Source: Alphaproteobacteria bacterium
GTDB lineage: Bacteria; Pseudomonadota; Alphaproteobacteria; CAAGCB01; CAG-977
Assembly (NCBI GenBank): GCA_017616015.1
Contig: JAFZYY010000018.1
Coordinates: 125-64,124 of the forward strand
DNA: 64,000 nucleotides
Reading direction: 5' to 3'
A program made the position numbers and the translations under genes. The number at the start of each line of letters is the position of its first letter. Position 1 is the stretch's first letter. Shown piece after piece: positions 9,170 through 19,105 of this stretch. The notes under the pieces were generated by a model. The model made no database searches, was not told the DNA's origin, and saw only the letters and a program-made list of their open reading frames with translations.

Positions 9170-9613
9170 TTGAATAAAGGAAAAAATTTTTGGGAAACAA
9201 AAAAGCTTTCCGAAATGACGCCCGAAGAATGGGAGGCATTATGCGACGGTTGCGGTAAATGCTGTTTGGAAAAGTATGTTTTTGAAGAAGACAATACGCT
9301 TGTTTTTACCAATATCGCCTGCCGTTTGCTGAACAGAAAAACGTGTCGCTGTCGCCATTATGCCGATCGGAGCCGATATGTGCCGGAATGCACCCCGATT
9401 CGTCCGGAAAAAATCAAGGACTATTACTGGCTGCCAAAAACCTGCGCTTACCGTTTGCTGAACGAAGGAAAGCCGCTGCCGGAATGGCACCCGTTAATCA
9501 GCGGGGCTCCGGAAAGCGTGCGGTTGGCCGGTATGTCCGCGGCGGGGCGGTGCGTGTCGCCGAAACCGGAAGAAGAATTTCAGAACTATATAGTGGAGTG
9601 GGACGATCTGTGA
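9170..9613 (+). CDS. YcgN/UPF0260-family Cys-rich protein
   Basis: W....L.EM...EWE.LCDGCGKCCL.K and C..L....C.C..Y pattern. TTG start as in the track. Confidence 0.7.
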   Translation: MNKGKNFWETKKLSEMTPEEWEALCDGCGKCCLEKYVFEEDNTLVFTNIACRLLNRKTCRCRHYADRSRYVPECTPIRPEKIKDYYWLPKTCAYRLLNEGKPLPEWHPLISGAPESVRLAGMSAAGRCVSPKPEEEFQNYIVEWDDL

Positions 9614-10326
9614 ACGTCGCCGATAAACAGGAAGCAACGGTGTATTTTGAAGGGCGGCCGATCGATTTGACGGTTGAACGGAATAACCGCGCGCGTCGCG
9701 TCCGGTTGAAAGTCGGGCGGGCTTCCCGACGGGTTGTCCTTGTTTTGCCTCGTTTGGTTTCTTTGAAAAGGGGTGTTGAATTCGCTCAGAGCAAAGCCGG
9801 CTGGATTGTCGGACAGTTGGCGGCTTTGCCGGAAAAGAGGATTTTTCAGGACGGTATGTCTCTTTCTTTTCTGGGACGGGAAAGCGTTGTTCATCACTCG
9901 CCCGCCGCTAAAAGAGGCGTTTGGTACGATCAGAACGTGATATGGGTTTCGGGAAAAGAAGAGCATCTGGCGCGCCGAGTGCGGGATTTTCTGAAAAAGG
10001 AATTTGCCGCTTACGCTTTGCATAAAGCGCGGGAAACGGCAAATAAAATAAAGGCCAGAGTGCAGAAAGTCACAATCAGAGATACGACGTCCAGATGGGG
10101 CAGTTGCAGTCGGACAGGGCATTTGTCTTTATCGTGGCGGTTAGCTTTGGCGCCGCTTTTTGTCGCCGATTATGTCATTGCGCATGAAGTCGCGCATTTG
10201 ATTCAAATGAATCATTCCGTCGCTTTTTGGCGGTTGGTCGCGGATTTGTCTCCCGATTACAAAAAAGCGGAACAGTGGCTGAAGAAAAACGCCGCTTATC
10301 TTTACAGCTTTTCCGCGGAAATTTAG
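9610..10326 (+). CDS. YgjP-like (DUF45/M48-like) metal-dependent hydrolase
   Basis: SRWGSCS...L.L.WRL...P..V.DYVIAHEVAHL...NHS..FW is the YgjP signature. I set the start at GTG 9610, overlapping the ycgN stop (GTGA). The 9343 start would overlap ycgN by 270 nt. Confidence 0.7.
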   Translation: MNVADKQEATVYFEGRPIDLTVERNNRARRVRLKVGRASRRVVLVLPRLVSLKRGVEFAQSKAGWIVGQLAALPEKRIFQDGMSLSFLGRESVVHHSPAAKRGVWYDQNVIWVSGKEEHLARRVRDFLKKEFAAYALHKARETANKIKARVQKVTIRDTTSRWGSCSRTGHLSLSWRLALAPLFVADYVIAHEVAHLIQMNHSVAFWRLVADLSPDYKKAEQWLKKNAAYLYSFSAEI

Positions 10327-11699
10327 CGGCGCCTGTTTTGCCACCCTTTGGCGGCGCGGCTGTATTTTTCAGACCAGTTATTGTTGATTATGTCCGCCGT
10401 CCGGTAGCGCTCGAACAGCGTTTCAAGCAGATATTTTTTTCCGGTTTGCGGCAGAACGTAAATACCGGCGACGGTCGGCGATTTGCAGCCCGTTGTTTCC
10501 GGCAGGCTGAACGGTTCGCCGACGATGCGGCAATACGCCATATCCGCAAAAATTCTGGCTTCCATGTATTCTCCGCTGTAACCGAAAGTGTCTGAGAATT
10601 CGGCTTGAGCTTGTTTGGCAAAGCGGCTGTAAATCTTTGAAAACAGCTCTTTATGCGGCGTTAAAATAAGGCCTTTGCCGTTTAAGAGATTTTGAAAATC
10701 CGACTTTGTTAACGGATTTTTCCACCCACCGCCGAACAATAAGAATGTATCGGGCATTTTTACGGCTTCCGGCACGAACCCGAGCGTATGCACGTAGCTG
10801 TAAGCACTCAGATATTCTATTGTTCGAAGCGTGTTTTCAAATCCGTATTCGGAACAAGTTTCTTCAATATTCAGACGATACCAGGCCGGATCGGACGATT
10901 TGGGAGGAGACTGCAAATAAAAATTTTTATTTTCGCGCGTTACGGCGATCGTATCGAACAAAACGGATAAAAGTTCGGGTATGATTTCGCCCTTTTGACC
11001 GTAAAGACCGTCTTTGTCGCAGGGTTCTGCCTTTTTTATCCGCACGATTCTATCGGCGAAATGATTGAACGGTCCGATGTCCCACCCCGAAACGCTTTCT
11101 TTATGGGCGGCGTCTTCGGAAACGACGGTGATGTTGCCCGTGTTGCCGGCATTGCAGAAAGCAACGGGAAAAACGCCTTTTTTCTTTAAATCCCGGCATA
11201 AATGCCGGTTATGCACAGGGGCTAAAGGCGCGGCTTCTCCTCCGTTCATCAGATCGTCGGAACGAAAATCGTAAATAACGGGAATATCCGTTTTATTCGC
11301 TAAAGAAGCGGCGTCCGCGATTTGCAGCGTATAGGGCGGTTCGCTTCCGGCAACGGAAGGCGGAAAATGATCGCAGGTTTGACCGTGCAGTCCGATGGCG
11401 GCGATTTCGCTTTTGTCCGTGCCGGCCTGCGCGCAAAGGACGTTGACCGTTTCGGCGACTAATGAAGTGTATGCCGCCACGGTTTGATCAAAAAAGTCGT
11501 TCTTTTTCAGGAATTCCGTTTCGCCGCCGTGAACTGTCAAATCGGAACGCAGACGAAGCATCGCCTGCGTTAACGATTGCGGATATTTGATTGTATACGC
11601 GGATAAATCCGTCATTTGTCCGTTGTTGAATTCGGTTAATACCGCATCAACGGCGTCCAACGAATTGCCGGTCATCACTCCGATGGTTTTAACGGGCAA
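10323..11699 (-). CDS. anmK: anhydro-N-acetylmuramic acid kinase (long form)
   Basis: IGVMTGNSLDAVD start, IGLHGQT, YTLQI, DFRSDD...GG.AAPL and LLFGGG.KNP are collinear with AnmK. Confidence 0.75.
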   Translation of the reverse strand: MPVKTIGVMTGNSLDAVDAVLTEFNNGQMTDLSAYTIKYPQSLTQAMLRLRSDLTVHGGETEFLKKNDFFDQTVAAYTSLVAETVNVLCAQAGTDKSEIAAIGLHGQTCDHFPPSVAGSEPPYTLQIADAASLANKTDIPVIYDFRSDDLMNGGEAAPLAPVHNRHLCRDLKKKGVFPVAFCNAGNTGNITVVSEDAAHKESVSGWDIGPFNHFADRIVRIKKAEPCDKDGLYGQKGEIIPELLSVLFDTIAVTRENKNFYLQSPPKSSDPAWYRLNIEETCSEYGFENTLRTIEYLSAYSYVHTLGFVPEAVKMPDTFLLFGGGWKNPLTKSDFQNLLNGKGLILTPHKELFSKIYSRFAKQAQAEFSDTFGYSGEYMEARIFADMAYCRIVGEPFSLPETTGCKSPTVAGIYVLPQTGKKYLLETLFERYRTADIINNNWSEKYSRAAKGWQNRRR

Positions 11700-11708
11700 A
11701 GTTTTTTC

Positions 11709-12554
11709 CTATTTTAACGGGATAGGCGTGACTTTATATTGCCCCGGCGCAATCTTAGGTCTGTCCGTTTTAACGCCGTATTCCTGGACAGTTCGCCCGT
11801 CGGCGGTTTTCGGAAGTTGAGGTTGTTCCTGTTGTTTGGGCAGGACGAATTTCTTCGGATCGGACGGGAAGGCGTTTTTCTGGAATCTCATCAGCATATA
11901 TCCCGTTCCGCCGCCGTAAGCCGGTCCGGCGACACCGAAGGAGTAGTTCGCGCCGATGACGCCGTAATCCAAATCGACATAATCAATGGAAAAGACGGTG
12001 GAAATCATGGAATCAGCCGTTGTCGTGAATTTGCAGATGTAGCCCGTGTCTTCCAACAGCACATAATCGGCCGATTTGACGAATAACGCGTTTGTCGAAG
12101 TTAAACAAGAGGGACGAACGGCGTTATAATGCATATTGTAATCAAAGACGACATCAATAATTTGTTCGTCTTTTTTCAGTTTAACGCTTAATAATTTAGC
12201 CGAATCAATCACGACGGTCGCCGGAGTGACGCCGGCTTTGATATTGAATTGAATATAGTTTTCAAAACACATTCTGGAAGATCGATCGGCATCGCAGATC
12301 AGGATTGTCGAATCCAAATTATTATCAAACAAATTAAGCAGGCTGTTGTATAAAAATTCCCGCGTCATGCTTGTTCTGGCGGGCGCGCATTGCTGTGAAC
12401 GGCAAACAATGACGGACGATGTGGCTTTAGGCGTGATGATGGTTCGCTGCGCAAAAGGATCAGGCAGTCCCCAGTTCATATTGCACGCGCTGAAAAGCAG
12501 CGTAACAGTTGCTAACGCCAACGTTTTCAAAGAAAAAAGCAAATATTTCGGCAC
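11709..12554 (-). CDS. lipoprotein, unknown function
   Basis: Lipobox LLFSAC. No other motif recognised. Confidence 0.5.
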   Translation of the reverse strand: MPKYLLFSLKTLALATVTLLFSACNMNWGLPDPFAQRTIITPKATSSVIVCRSQQCAPARTSMTREFLYNSLLNLFDNNLDSTILICDADRSSRMCFENYIQFNIKAGVTPATVVIDSAKLLSVKLKKDEQIIDVVFDYNMHYNAVRPSCLTSTNALFVKSADYVLLEDTGYICKFTTTADSMISTVFSIDYVDLDYGVIGANYSFGVAGPAYGGGTGYMLMRFQKNAFPSDPKKFVLPKQQEQPQLPKTADGRTVQEYGVKTDRPKIAPGQYKVTPIPLK

Positions 12555-12665
12555 ATCGAACCTCTTTGTTTGACCTGTTTATTTTGGTCAGAATAACAGC
12601 AGTTTGTTACGAAAAGATAAAAAAAGAGGCAGAAAACACAGTTTTTTTATCTGTGAAAGAGGGGA

Positions 12666-13226
12666 TCATTTGACTTTTTGGCGCTTGTTTTCACGTTCTT
12701 TTGTCTTTTCCCGCACCCATTCGTCGGATTTTTCCTGTGAATTGGCTTCCCAACGCTGATTAAACAATTTTTGGTGTTGCTGCGCGTAGCCGGGGTCGTT
12801 TACAAAAATATCGCAGACTTCCTCATTTTTGCGAACAGCCGGCTCTGTCCAGTTTAAAGAACCGCTGGAAACCGAAACGCCGTCATAAATCGCGACTTTT
12901 GTATGCATGATTCTTTTATGCGAGTGCACGCGCAAAGGAATTCCCGCCGCAATCAAATCCCAAATGCGCGAAGATCCGCCCGCAGCCTGTAATTTGTCGG
13001 TTAAGACGCGCACTTTAACGCCGCGATGATGCGCGTCAATCAAAGCCTTTATCAGGCGTTTGTTGTTGATGGCGTAAACGGAAACGTCTATATAATCCGC
13101 GGCGCCGTCAATCAGTTCGGCAAGCTTTGTTTCGCAGGCTTCTTCTTTTAAAACAAAAGCTTCCGCATGCAACGCGAAAGGAAGCAACAAAAAGAAAAAA
13201 AGAGGGCAAACAAAACGATGAAACAT
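12666..13226 (-). CDS. phospholipase-D-family nuclease (Nuc-like), secreted
   Basis: Signal peptide plus a single HKD motif, MHTKVAIYDGVSVSSGSLNWT. Confidence 0.75.
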   Translation of the reverse strand: MFHRFVCPLFFFLLLPFALHAEAFVLKEEACETKLAELIDGAADYIDVSVYAINNKRLIKALIDAHHRGVKVRVLTDKLQAAGGSSRIWDLIAAGIPLRVHSHKRIMHTKVAIYDGVSVSSGSLNWTEPAVRKNEEVCDIFVNDPGYAQQHQKLFNQRWEANSQEKSDEWVREKTKERENKRQKVK

Positions 13227-13263
13227 TTGCCCTCTCCTTTAAACTCTTTTTGCGGTTCTGCGT

Positions 13264-13563
13264 TTAAAATTTGTTTTTGGCGGTGTATTTTCCGATATTG
13301 TCGTTGCTGCCGATAAATTTACCGTCAACGAACATTTGCGGAAAATGCGTGTAATTCGTGTACTGACGAATGCCGTCATATAAAGCGGGATCCGATAAGA
13401 CGTCCACGCTTTTATAGTTTATGCCCGCTTCCCGCAATCGTTTTGACGCGTCTGCCGAAAAAGCGCATTTCGGGTTGGCAGGGGTTCCTTTCATAAACAA
13501 AACGATATGATTGTCTTTGAGTTCGTGTTGAATGCGCACAAGAGCTTCATTTTTAGTCATCAT
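13264..13563 (-). CDS. monothiol glutaredoxin (Grx4 family, CAFS variant of CGFS)
   Basis: VLFMKGTPANPKCAFS....L.....Y..VDVL.DP..R.....Y.....FPQ.FV.G.FIG. I chose ATG 13563 behind AAGGAA rather than the TTG at 13587. Confidence 0.8.
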   Translation of the reverse strand: MMTKNEALVRIQHELKDNHIVLFMKGTPANPKCAFSADASKRLREAGINYKSVDVLSDPALYDGIRQYTNYTHFPQMFVDGKFIGSNDNIGKYTAKNKF

Positions 13564-13696
13564 GATTTCCTTTGGAAAAAAGATCAAAACATTTGTCGGT
13601 TCCCGACGTTTTCTTATCTGCCGCCGTTCGGCAGATCTGCACTCTTTCGTTTGAAGCTTTGTTCAGTATAACGCAAACGGGAAATAAACAAAAGTC

Positions 13697-16600
13697 CTAA
13701 TCTTCCAAAACGCGTTCGGTCGGTGCCGGTTGCGGCGCGACGGACGGTTCGCTTGGCTGTTGTTCGGGAACGGACGGCGCCGCGGCTTCCTGAGGAACTG
13801 TTTCCGGGGGGGGAGCGACAGATTCTTTCGGAGTTTCCGATATTTTCTGTTCTGCCGGTTCGCGAATGAGTTCCGGTTGTTTCAGTTCTCTTTCAGGTTC
13901 CTTTTCTTTTTGGAGCTTCTTTTTTGATTTATTGGGATTCGGCTTGCGTTCCAGATAAATAAAGGTTTCAACTTCGCCTTCATCGTTGACGTGTTCGACA
14001 AGCGTTTCTTTGACTATATCCAATTCATCGGCGTTAGCGGGCGGAGGAGGCGGCGTTTTTTTACGCATTTCTTCACGTTCGGCTTCTTCCTGTCTGCGGC
14101 GTTCCTCTTCTTCCGCTTTTGCTTTCGCGGCTCTTTCCGCGGCTCTGGCTTTAGCTTGCGCTTCTTTGGCCGCTTTGATTCGCGCTTCGGCTTCCGCTTT
14201 GGCTCGGGCTTCTTCTTCGGCCTTTAACCGACGAGCCTCTTCCTCGGCTTTTGCGCGCGCTTCCGCCGCGGCCTGCGCCTTTGCTTTGGCTTCCTGAGCT
14301 GCTTTAAGCTTTTCGTCGATTTCAGCTTGGATCTTAGCTTCCTCTTCTTCAATCGCTTTTGCTTCGGCTTCAGCTTTTAACCGTGCGTCTTCCGCGGCCT
14401 GTGCGCGCGCCTGAGCGGCGGCTAAAGCTTTTTCTTTAGCTTCCTGAGCCGCTTTGATTTGTTCTTCGGCGGCGGCGATAGCCTGTTCTTCTTCCGTCAT
14501 TGAAGGCTGCGCCGGCGTTTCGGAAGCTGCCAGTTCCGGAACGGGCAGAATTTGTTCTGTAACAGAGGCTTGCGTTTCAGGCTGTTGCATCGGTTCCGCA
14601 ACGGGCAGGTTTTCCGTTTCCAAAGCAGGCAGTTCCAAAACTTCAACCTGCGCGGCCGGAGCGGCCTGCGGCGCGACGGCTTCTTCCGGTTGTTGTTCGG
14701 GAAGCGCTGTTTGCGGCGCCGAATTATCGTTGACGGTCGGCGGCAACAGTTCCAACGTTGTTGTCTGACCCTCTTTTATGTTTGTCGTTTTCCATTTGTT
14801 CTGAGCGTCCGAATCCATTTTCGGCAGAACAATCGGTGCCGGCAGTTTTCCGAAATCATCGGAAATGACGTCGACTGCGGGCATTTCCGGTTCGGGCTGT
14901 TGTTCAACGGGAACTGCGGGCATTTCAGGTGTTGCGGACGGTTCCATAAACGGTACCGCGGACGGTTCCATAAACGGTTCTGCGAACTGCCCTTCAACGA
15001 CGGGAGCTGTTTCTGTTCCGGGAATTGGGAGCGGTTCCGGCGGCAAAGGAATAATATCGGCTCCTTTTTCTTCCGGCGGTAAGGGAACAATATCCGTCAC
15101 TTTTTCTTCCGGAACGGGGACAAAATCAGGCGTTTTGTCTTTTGCTGATTTTCCTTTTGAAGCGGACGGGGTATCCATAAACGACGGCGGAGCGACAAAA
15201 CTAATTTTGGAAGAACTGAAATTCTCTTCTTCTTTCTTTAATTGTTCGTCCAACGACGCCATATAAGCTTGTCCGCCGTTTTCCAGCCAATTTGTATAAA
15301 GCTTTTTGAAATCAAGCGGTTTCGAAAAATCTTCTATTTTTGAAGACGACAACCACGTATTGATTTGATTCTGCTCTTCGCGGGCATACGATAAAGCGGC
15401 AAAATCAGGCGGCTGACAAATATCTGCCGTGTTGCCCAAAACATGACGGTCTATCAATGTCGCTATATCGCAGGGCGTTACGTTGATTTGCGCTTTGCCT
15501 TTGGGTTTATAAACGCCGAAAACGGTTGTCATATTGTTTTTAAAAGCATACAGCCGTGTTTCAATGAGGGATAATTTGGACATTTCCGTTTTTTCTTTTT
15601 GAATGTCGGCGCCTTTATCCCCATGAATGACGATAGTCGTCTTGTTCAGCAGATCGGCTTTTTCCAAATCTTTGATCAGATAGTTGATTTGAGCGTAGGT
15701 GCAAAACAGTTGCTGATTATAGTTTTCCCAACGTTTTAATTCTCCGCCCAATTCTGTTTTTTCCGTATACGGCGCGTTGCTCCGCCAGGAAAGAGGATCC
15801 GTTTTTAGCTGGCAATTTTGATCGTAAACGTAGGGGTAATGAGGCAAATCCAGATGCGCGAAGAACACATTCTTGCCGGAAGCGTTTAAGATGTCGTGCC
15901 TCATATGTGTCAGAACCAACGGCTGTCCGATCGGCAAAGATTTTGACAGCGGGTTGCCGATGAACGGCAATGAAGGCGTATTCGTTAAATCTTTTGTTTT
16001 TTTGTAAACGTATTCCGTAACCTTTTTGCCGAACGGAGTGGAATAAAGCCAATGTCCCGCCAACAGCATCATGCGCGAAGTCGTTGATAATCCCGTTTGG
16101 TACAGCGCGCCGATGGGAGCCGGATAGGTTACGCAGTTTGAAATTTCCTTTTCGCCGGCGTCTGCGCAGAAATTGAAGGGGAAAGATTGGTAAATGTTTA
16201 AGTGGTATCCTTTGTCTTTTAAAGCCTTAAATAAATCGTTTCGGGTTGCGCTGACTTGCGCGTCGTTGGCTCCGATATAATAAAAAGAACCGCTATAGCT
16301 GAATAAATCGTCTCCTATTTCCGTCAGAGAAGGATTTAAAAAGTTTCCAATATTACGGTATTTTTTCGGATAGCGCAGATACGCGGACGGATAAAACGTA
16401 AATTTATTCGTCTGATAAAAAGCGGAAATAAAAGAAGGCGAATGAGGCGTGTCTTCCGGATTGGAATCTTTGGGGATTAATGTTTGCCAGCTTTCCGCGG
16501 ACGCGTTATATCCCGTATGATCCGCCAAAATCAGATAAACAAGGTTTTCTGTTTTTTCTTCGGGCGAATTGACTTCGGCCGTTTGAATTTTTTCGGGTAT

Positions 16601-17161
16601 GGTTTGTTTTGACGCCGTGTTCAGCAACATAAAAATGGCGACTAAAATGGGCAGAGACAAAAAGGCCATCGCCCCGCCTTTGAACATATGCAGCAAAATC
16701 AGGAAAAACAGGAAAGAAACGCCGGCAATAATCAGATTGCCGTTGCCCGATATGTACAGCAGAGTGTCTTTCGGTAAAAAAGCGAGATGTTGTACCAAAT
16801 AGTTGCCGATGTTAAACGGGAACAATAATCCCAAAATATAGGCAACCATTCCCCCCGCGATTGCGGCGATGAAAACTCTGGCCAAAAAACGCCAGAAAGA
16901 AAGCAGGAACAGACAGGCAAAAGAAAAAACAAGCAAGGCAAAGCAGTTAAACAAAACTTCCGGCAGGATTTCGTTGTTTACAAGCAGAGGATATTTGTTT
17001 TTATGCAAAAACAGCAAAAAAGCATACGTCATCAGGAAAAATAAGAACAACGAAGCGTGCAAATAAAACGATACGGAAGATTCGTCTTTTCGGGCGGCTT
17101 TTCTGATCTTGGATTTATTATGTTTTTGTTCGATGCGCTCTGTTTCTGTCGTCTCTGTCAT
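13697..17161 (-). CDS. large membrane protein with three parts: N-terminal polytopic region, alkaline-phosphatase/sulfatase-like domain, and C-terminal Pro/Glu-rich plus TolA-like Ala/Glu/Lys repeat region
   Basis: About 190 aa of hydrophobic segments at the N-terminus. ILADHTG and TIVIHGDKG resemble metal-site motifs of the LtaS/EptA-type AP superfamily (weak). The C-terminus has PFMEPSAxPFMEPSA repeats and a long AKAEEEARRLKAEEEARAKAEAEARIKAAKEA-type coiled coil. Confidence 0.45.
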   Translation of the reverse strand: MTETTETERIEQKHNKSKIRKAARKDESSVSFYLHASLFLFFLMTYAFLLFLHKNKYPLLVNNEILPEVLFNCFALLVFSFACLFLLSFWRFLARVFIAAIAGGMVAYILGLLFPFNIGNYLVQHLAFLPKDTLLYISGNGNLIIAGVSFLFFLILLHMFKGGAMAFLSLPILVAIFMLLNTASKQTIPEKIQTAEVNSPEEKTENLVYLILADHTGYNASAESWQTLIPKDSNPEDTPHSPSFISAFYQTNKFTFYPSAYLRYPKKYRNIGNFLNPSLTEIGDDLFSYSGSFYYIGANDAQVSATRNDLFKALKDKGYHLNIYQSFPFNFCADAGEKEISNCVTYPAPIGALYQTGLSTTSRMMLLAGHWLYSTPFGKKVTEYVYKKTKDLTNTPSLPFIGNPLSKSLPIGQPLVLTHMRHDILNASGKNVFFAHLDLPHYPYVYDQNCQLKTDPLSWRSNAPYTEKTELGGELKRWENYNQQLFCTYAQINYLIKDLEKADLLNKTTIVIHGDKGADIQKEKTEMSKLSLIETRLYAFKNNMTTVFGVYKPKGKAQINVTPCDIATLIDRHVLGNTADICQPPDFAALSYAREEQNQINTWLSSSKIEDFSKPLDFKKLYTNWLENGGQAYMASLDEQLKKEEENFSSSKISFVAPPSFMDTPSASKGKSAKDKTPDFVPVPEEKVTDIVPLPPEEKGADIIPLPPEPLPIPGTETAPVVEGQFAEPFMEPSAVPFMEPSATPEMPAVPVEQQPEPEMPAVDVISDDFGKLPAPIVLPKMDSDAQNKWKTTNIKEGQTTTLELLPPTVNDNSAPQTALPEQQPEEAVAPQAAPAAQVEVLELPALETENLPVAEPMQQPETQASVTEQILPVPELAASETPAQPSMTEEEQAIAAAEEQIKAAQEAKEKALAAAQARAQAAEDARLKAEAEAKAIEEEEAKIQAEIDEKLKAAQEAKAKAQAAAEARAKAEEEARRLKAEEEARAKAEAEARIKAAKEAQAKARAAERAAKAKAEEEERRRQEEAEREEMRKKTPPPPPANADELDIVKETLVEHVNDEGEVETFIYLERKPNPNKSKKKLQKEKEPERELKQPELIREPAEQKISETPKESVAPPPETVPQEAAAPSVPEQQPSEPSVAPQPAPTERVLED

Positions 17162-17257
17162 ATCAGTTTTCCGTTAAAAGAGATAACTCTAGTATTTATT
17201 CATAGACTCGCATAAGCTATAAGTCAATTTTTCCTTTAATATAAGAGTCAGATATTT

Positions 17258-19105
17258 ATGTCATTTAATCTTGTTTTAAACAATGCGGTTCGTTTGCACG
17301 AGCAGGGACGGTTGGACGAAGCGGAGGCAATGTATCGCCAATTACTGGAAATATCGCCTGAACAGACGGACGTTTTGCACCTGTTGGGCATGTTGGCTCT
17401 GCAGAAGAAATCTTTTGATTCGGCCATAGAATTATTATACAAAGCCGTCCGTCTGGCTCCTGAAGTCGTCTCTTATGAATTTACGCTGGCGCAGGCGTTG
17501 CAGGATTCGGGACACCCGAAAGAGGCTCTGGAGCATTACAAATCGGTTCTGGCCAAAGACGATTCGCTGCCGGAAACGTATCATAACATGGGGATTATCT
17601 ACCGCTTTGAAGGGGATATCGCCGAATCCAAAAAAAATTTTCAGAAAGCGCTTGAACTGCGGCCGGATTTTTCTTCCGCTTATGTGAATTTGGCGCTGAT
17701 CGAACGCGACGAAGGCCATTTTGAACAAGCGCTGGCTTTGCTGGAAAAGGCTGTGGACTCGGATCCCGACAGCGCGGAAGCTTATGCGCAAATCGCCGTA
17801 ACGCATCGTCTGTCCGGGGATTTCGATCAAGCGCTTCGGTACTATGAAAAGGCTTTGTCTTTAAACGGAACTAATCCGATTTATTGGAACGGAATGGGCA
17901 TTACGTTTGAAGAATTGGATCGTCTGGACGATGCGTTTCATGCGTATTGTCAGGCGATCGGTATCGATTCCGGGTATCCGGACGCGTATAACAACAGAGC
18001 GAACGTGTTGGTCAAAATGGGAAAGCATTGGCAGGCGGAAGACGATTATAAAAAAGCGGTCAGGCTTGATCCCCAATATGCTTCAGCTTTTAACAATCTG
18101 GGGGCTTTGCTATACGATCAGGAACGTTACGAAGAGGCTTTGGAATGTTACCGTAAAGCTTTTATCATTAATCCCAAACAGGCGGAAACGTGTTCCAATC
18201 TGGCAATGGCAGTCAAAGAAGCCGGTGATCCGGCAGAAGCGGTCGGGCTTTATTTTACTGCGTTGCATTTGAATCCGGCGCTGACGAAAATTCATCATTA
18301 TCTGGCGCAGGCTCTTTATGATCTTTATCAAAGCGAACAAAACGACGCCAGGGAAACCGCCGTGAAATTGGCGCAGAAATGGGTTCAGTTCTTTCCGGAT
18401 AATCCGATCGCCGCCCATGTCTGTAAAGCGTTGGAAGGCGGTACGCTTGAACGCGCTTCGGACGAATATGTGCGCGAACTGTTTGATTCTTTTGCGGAAT
18501 CGTTTGAATCAACTCTGAAGAAAATTTCTTATCGCGTGCCGGATTTACTGGCAGCGGAGATGGAAAAATTTCCGGCTGGACTGCGGATTTTGGACGCCGG
18601 CTGCGGCACGGGCATCAACGCAAGTGTTTTAAAGACACATGCCGTAACTCTGACAGGGGTGGATTTATCCGAAAAAATGATAGCCGCGGCAAAAGAAAAG
18701 AATTTGTACGATCGTCTGGAAGCGGACGATATCGTTCAATTCTGCCGGCAAAATCCGGATTCTTTCGACTTTGTTGCAATGGCGGACGTCGCATGTTATT
18801 TTGGCAAGCTGGAACCGTTGATGGAAGCCGTTTCCATGGCGCTGACGGAAAAAGGCGCCGTTTTTCTGACTGTGGAAAAACTTTCTTCCGATCAGGAATA
18901 CGCTTTGCGATCGTCCGGACGTTTTGCGCATTCGGAATCCTATCTGGAAACGGTTTTGCGGTCTGCCGGTTTCGGGGAAAAAAGCATGACGCCAGCCGTT
19001 CTGAGAGAGGAAAACGGCCGTCCCGTCGAAGGGATAGTGGTCGTCGCTGAAAAAAACGGTGAAATGATAAACACAAATCTGGACAATGATGACAAGAAAG
19101 ACTAA
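17258..19105 (+). CDS. TPR-repeat protein fused to class I SAM-dependent methyltransferase
   Basis: About 10 TPR units (A...Y..AL.L.P....A..N.G) followed by motif I ILDAGCGTG. Confidence 0.8.
   Translation: MSFNLVLNNAVRLHEQGRLDEAEAMYRQLLEISPEQTDVLHLLGMLALQKKSFDSAIELLYKAVRLAPEVVSYEFTLAQALQDSGHPKEALEHYKSVLAKDDSLPETYHNMGIIYRFEGDIAESKKNFQKALELRPDFSSAYVNLALIERDEGHFEQALALLEKAVDSDPDSAEAYAQIAVTHRLSGDFDQALRYYEKALSLNGTNPIYWNGMGITFEELDRLDDAFHAYCQAIGIDSGYPDAYNNRANVLVKMGKHWQAEDDYKKAVRLDPQYASAFNNLGALLYDQERYEEALECYRKAFIINPKQAETCSNLAMAVKEAGDPAEAVGLYFTALHLNPALTKIHHYLAQALYDLYQSEQNDARETAVKLAQKWVQFFPDNPIAAHVCKALEGGTLERASDEYVRELFDSFAESFESTLKKISYRVPDLLAAEMEKFPAGLRILDAGCGTGINASVLKTHAVTLTGVDLSEKMIAAAKEKNLYDRLEADDIVQFCRQNPDSFDFVAMADVACYFGKLEPLMEAVSMALTEKGAVFLTVEKLSSDQEYALRSSGRFAHSESYLETVLRSAGFGEKSMTPAVLREENGRPVEGIVVVAEKNGEMINTNLDNDDKKD

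Noticed and set aside
9343-9609. N-terminal 89-codon extension of the YgjP-like ORF overlapping ycgN
   Set aside because: The extension is an Arg/Gly-rich out-of-frame read-through of ycgN. The GTG at 9610 gives the usual 4-nt stop/start overlap and a normal protein length.
13990-14470. Highly repetitive GCT/GCC/TTC-rich DNA that could be mistaken for a repeat array or CRISPR
   Set aside because: It is the coding sequence of the Ala/Glu/Lys coiled-coil region of the 1154-aa protein. It has no regular repeat-spacer periodicity.
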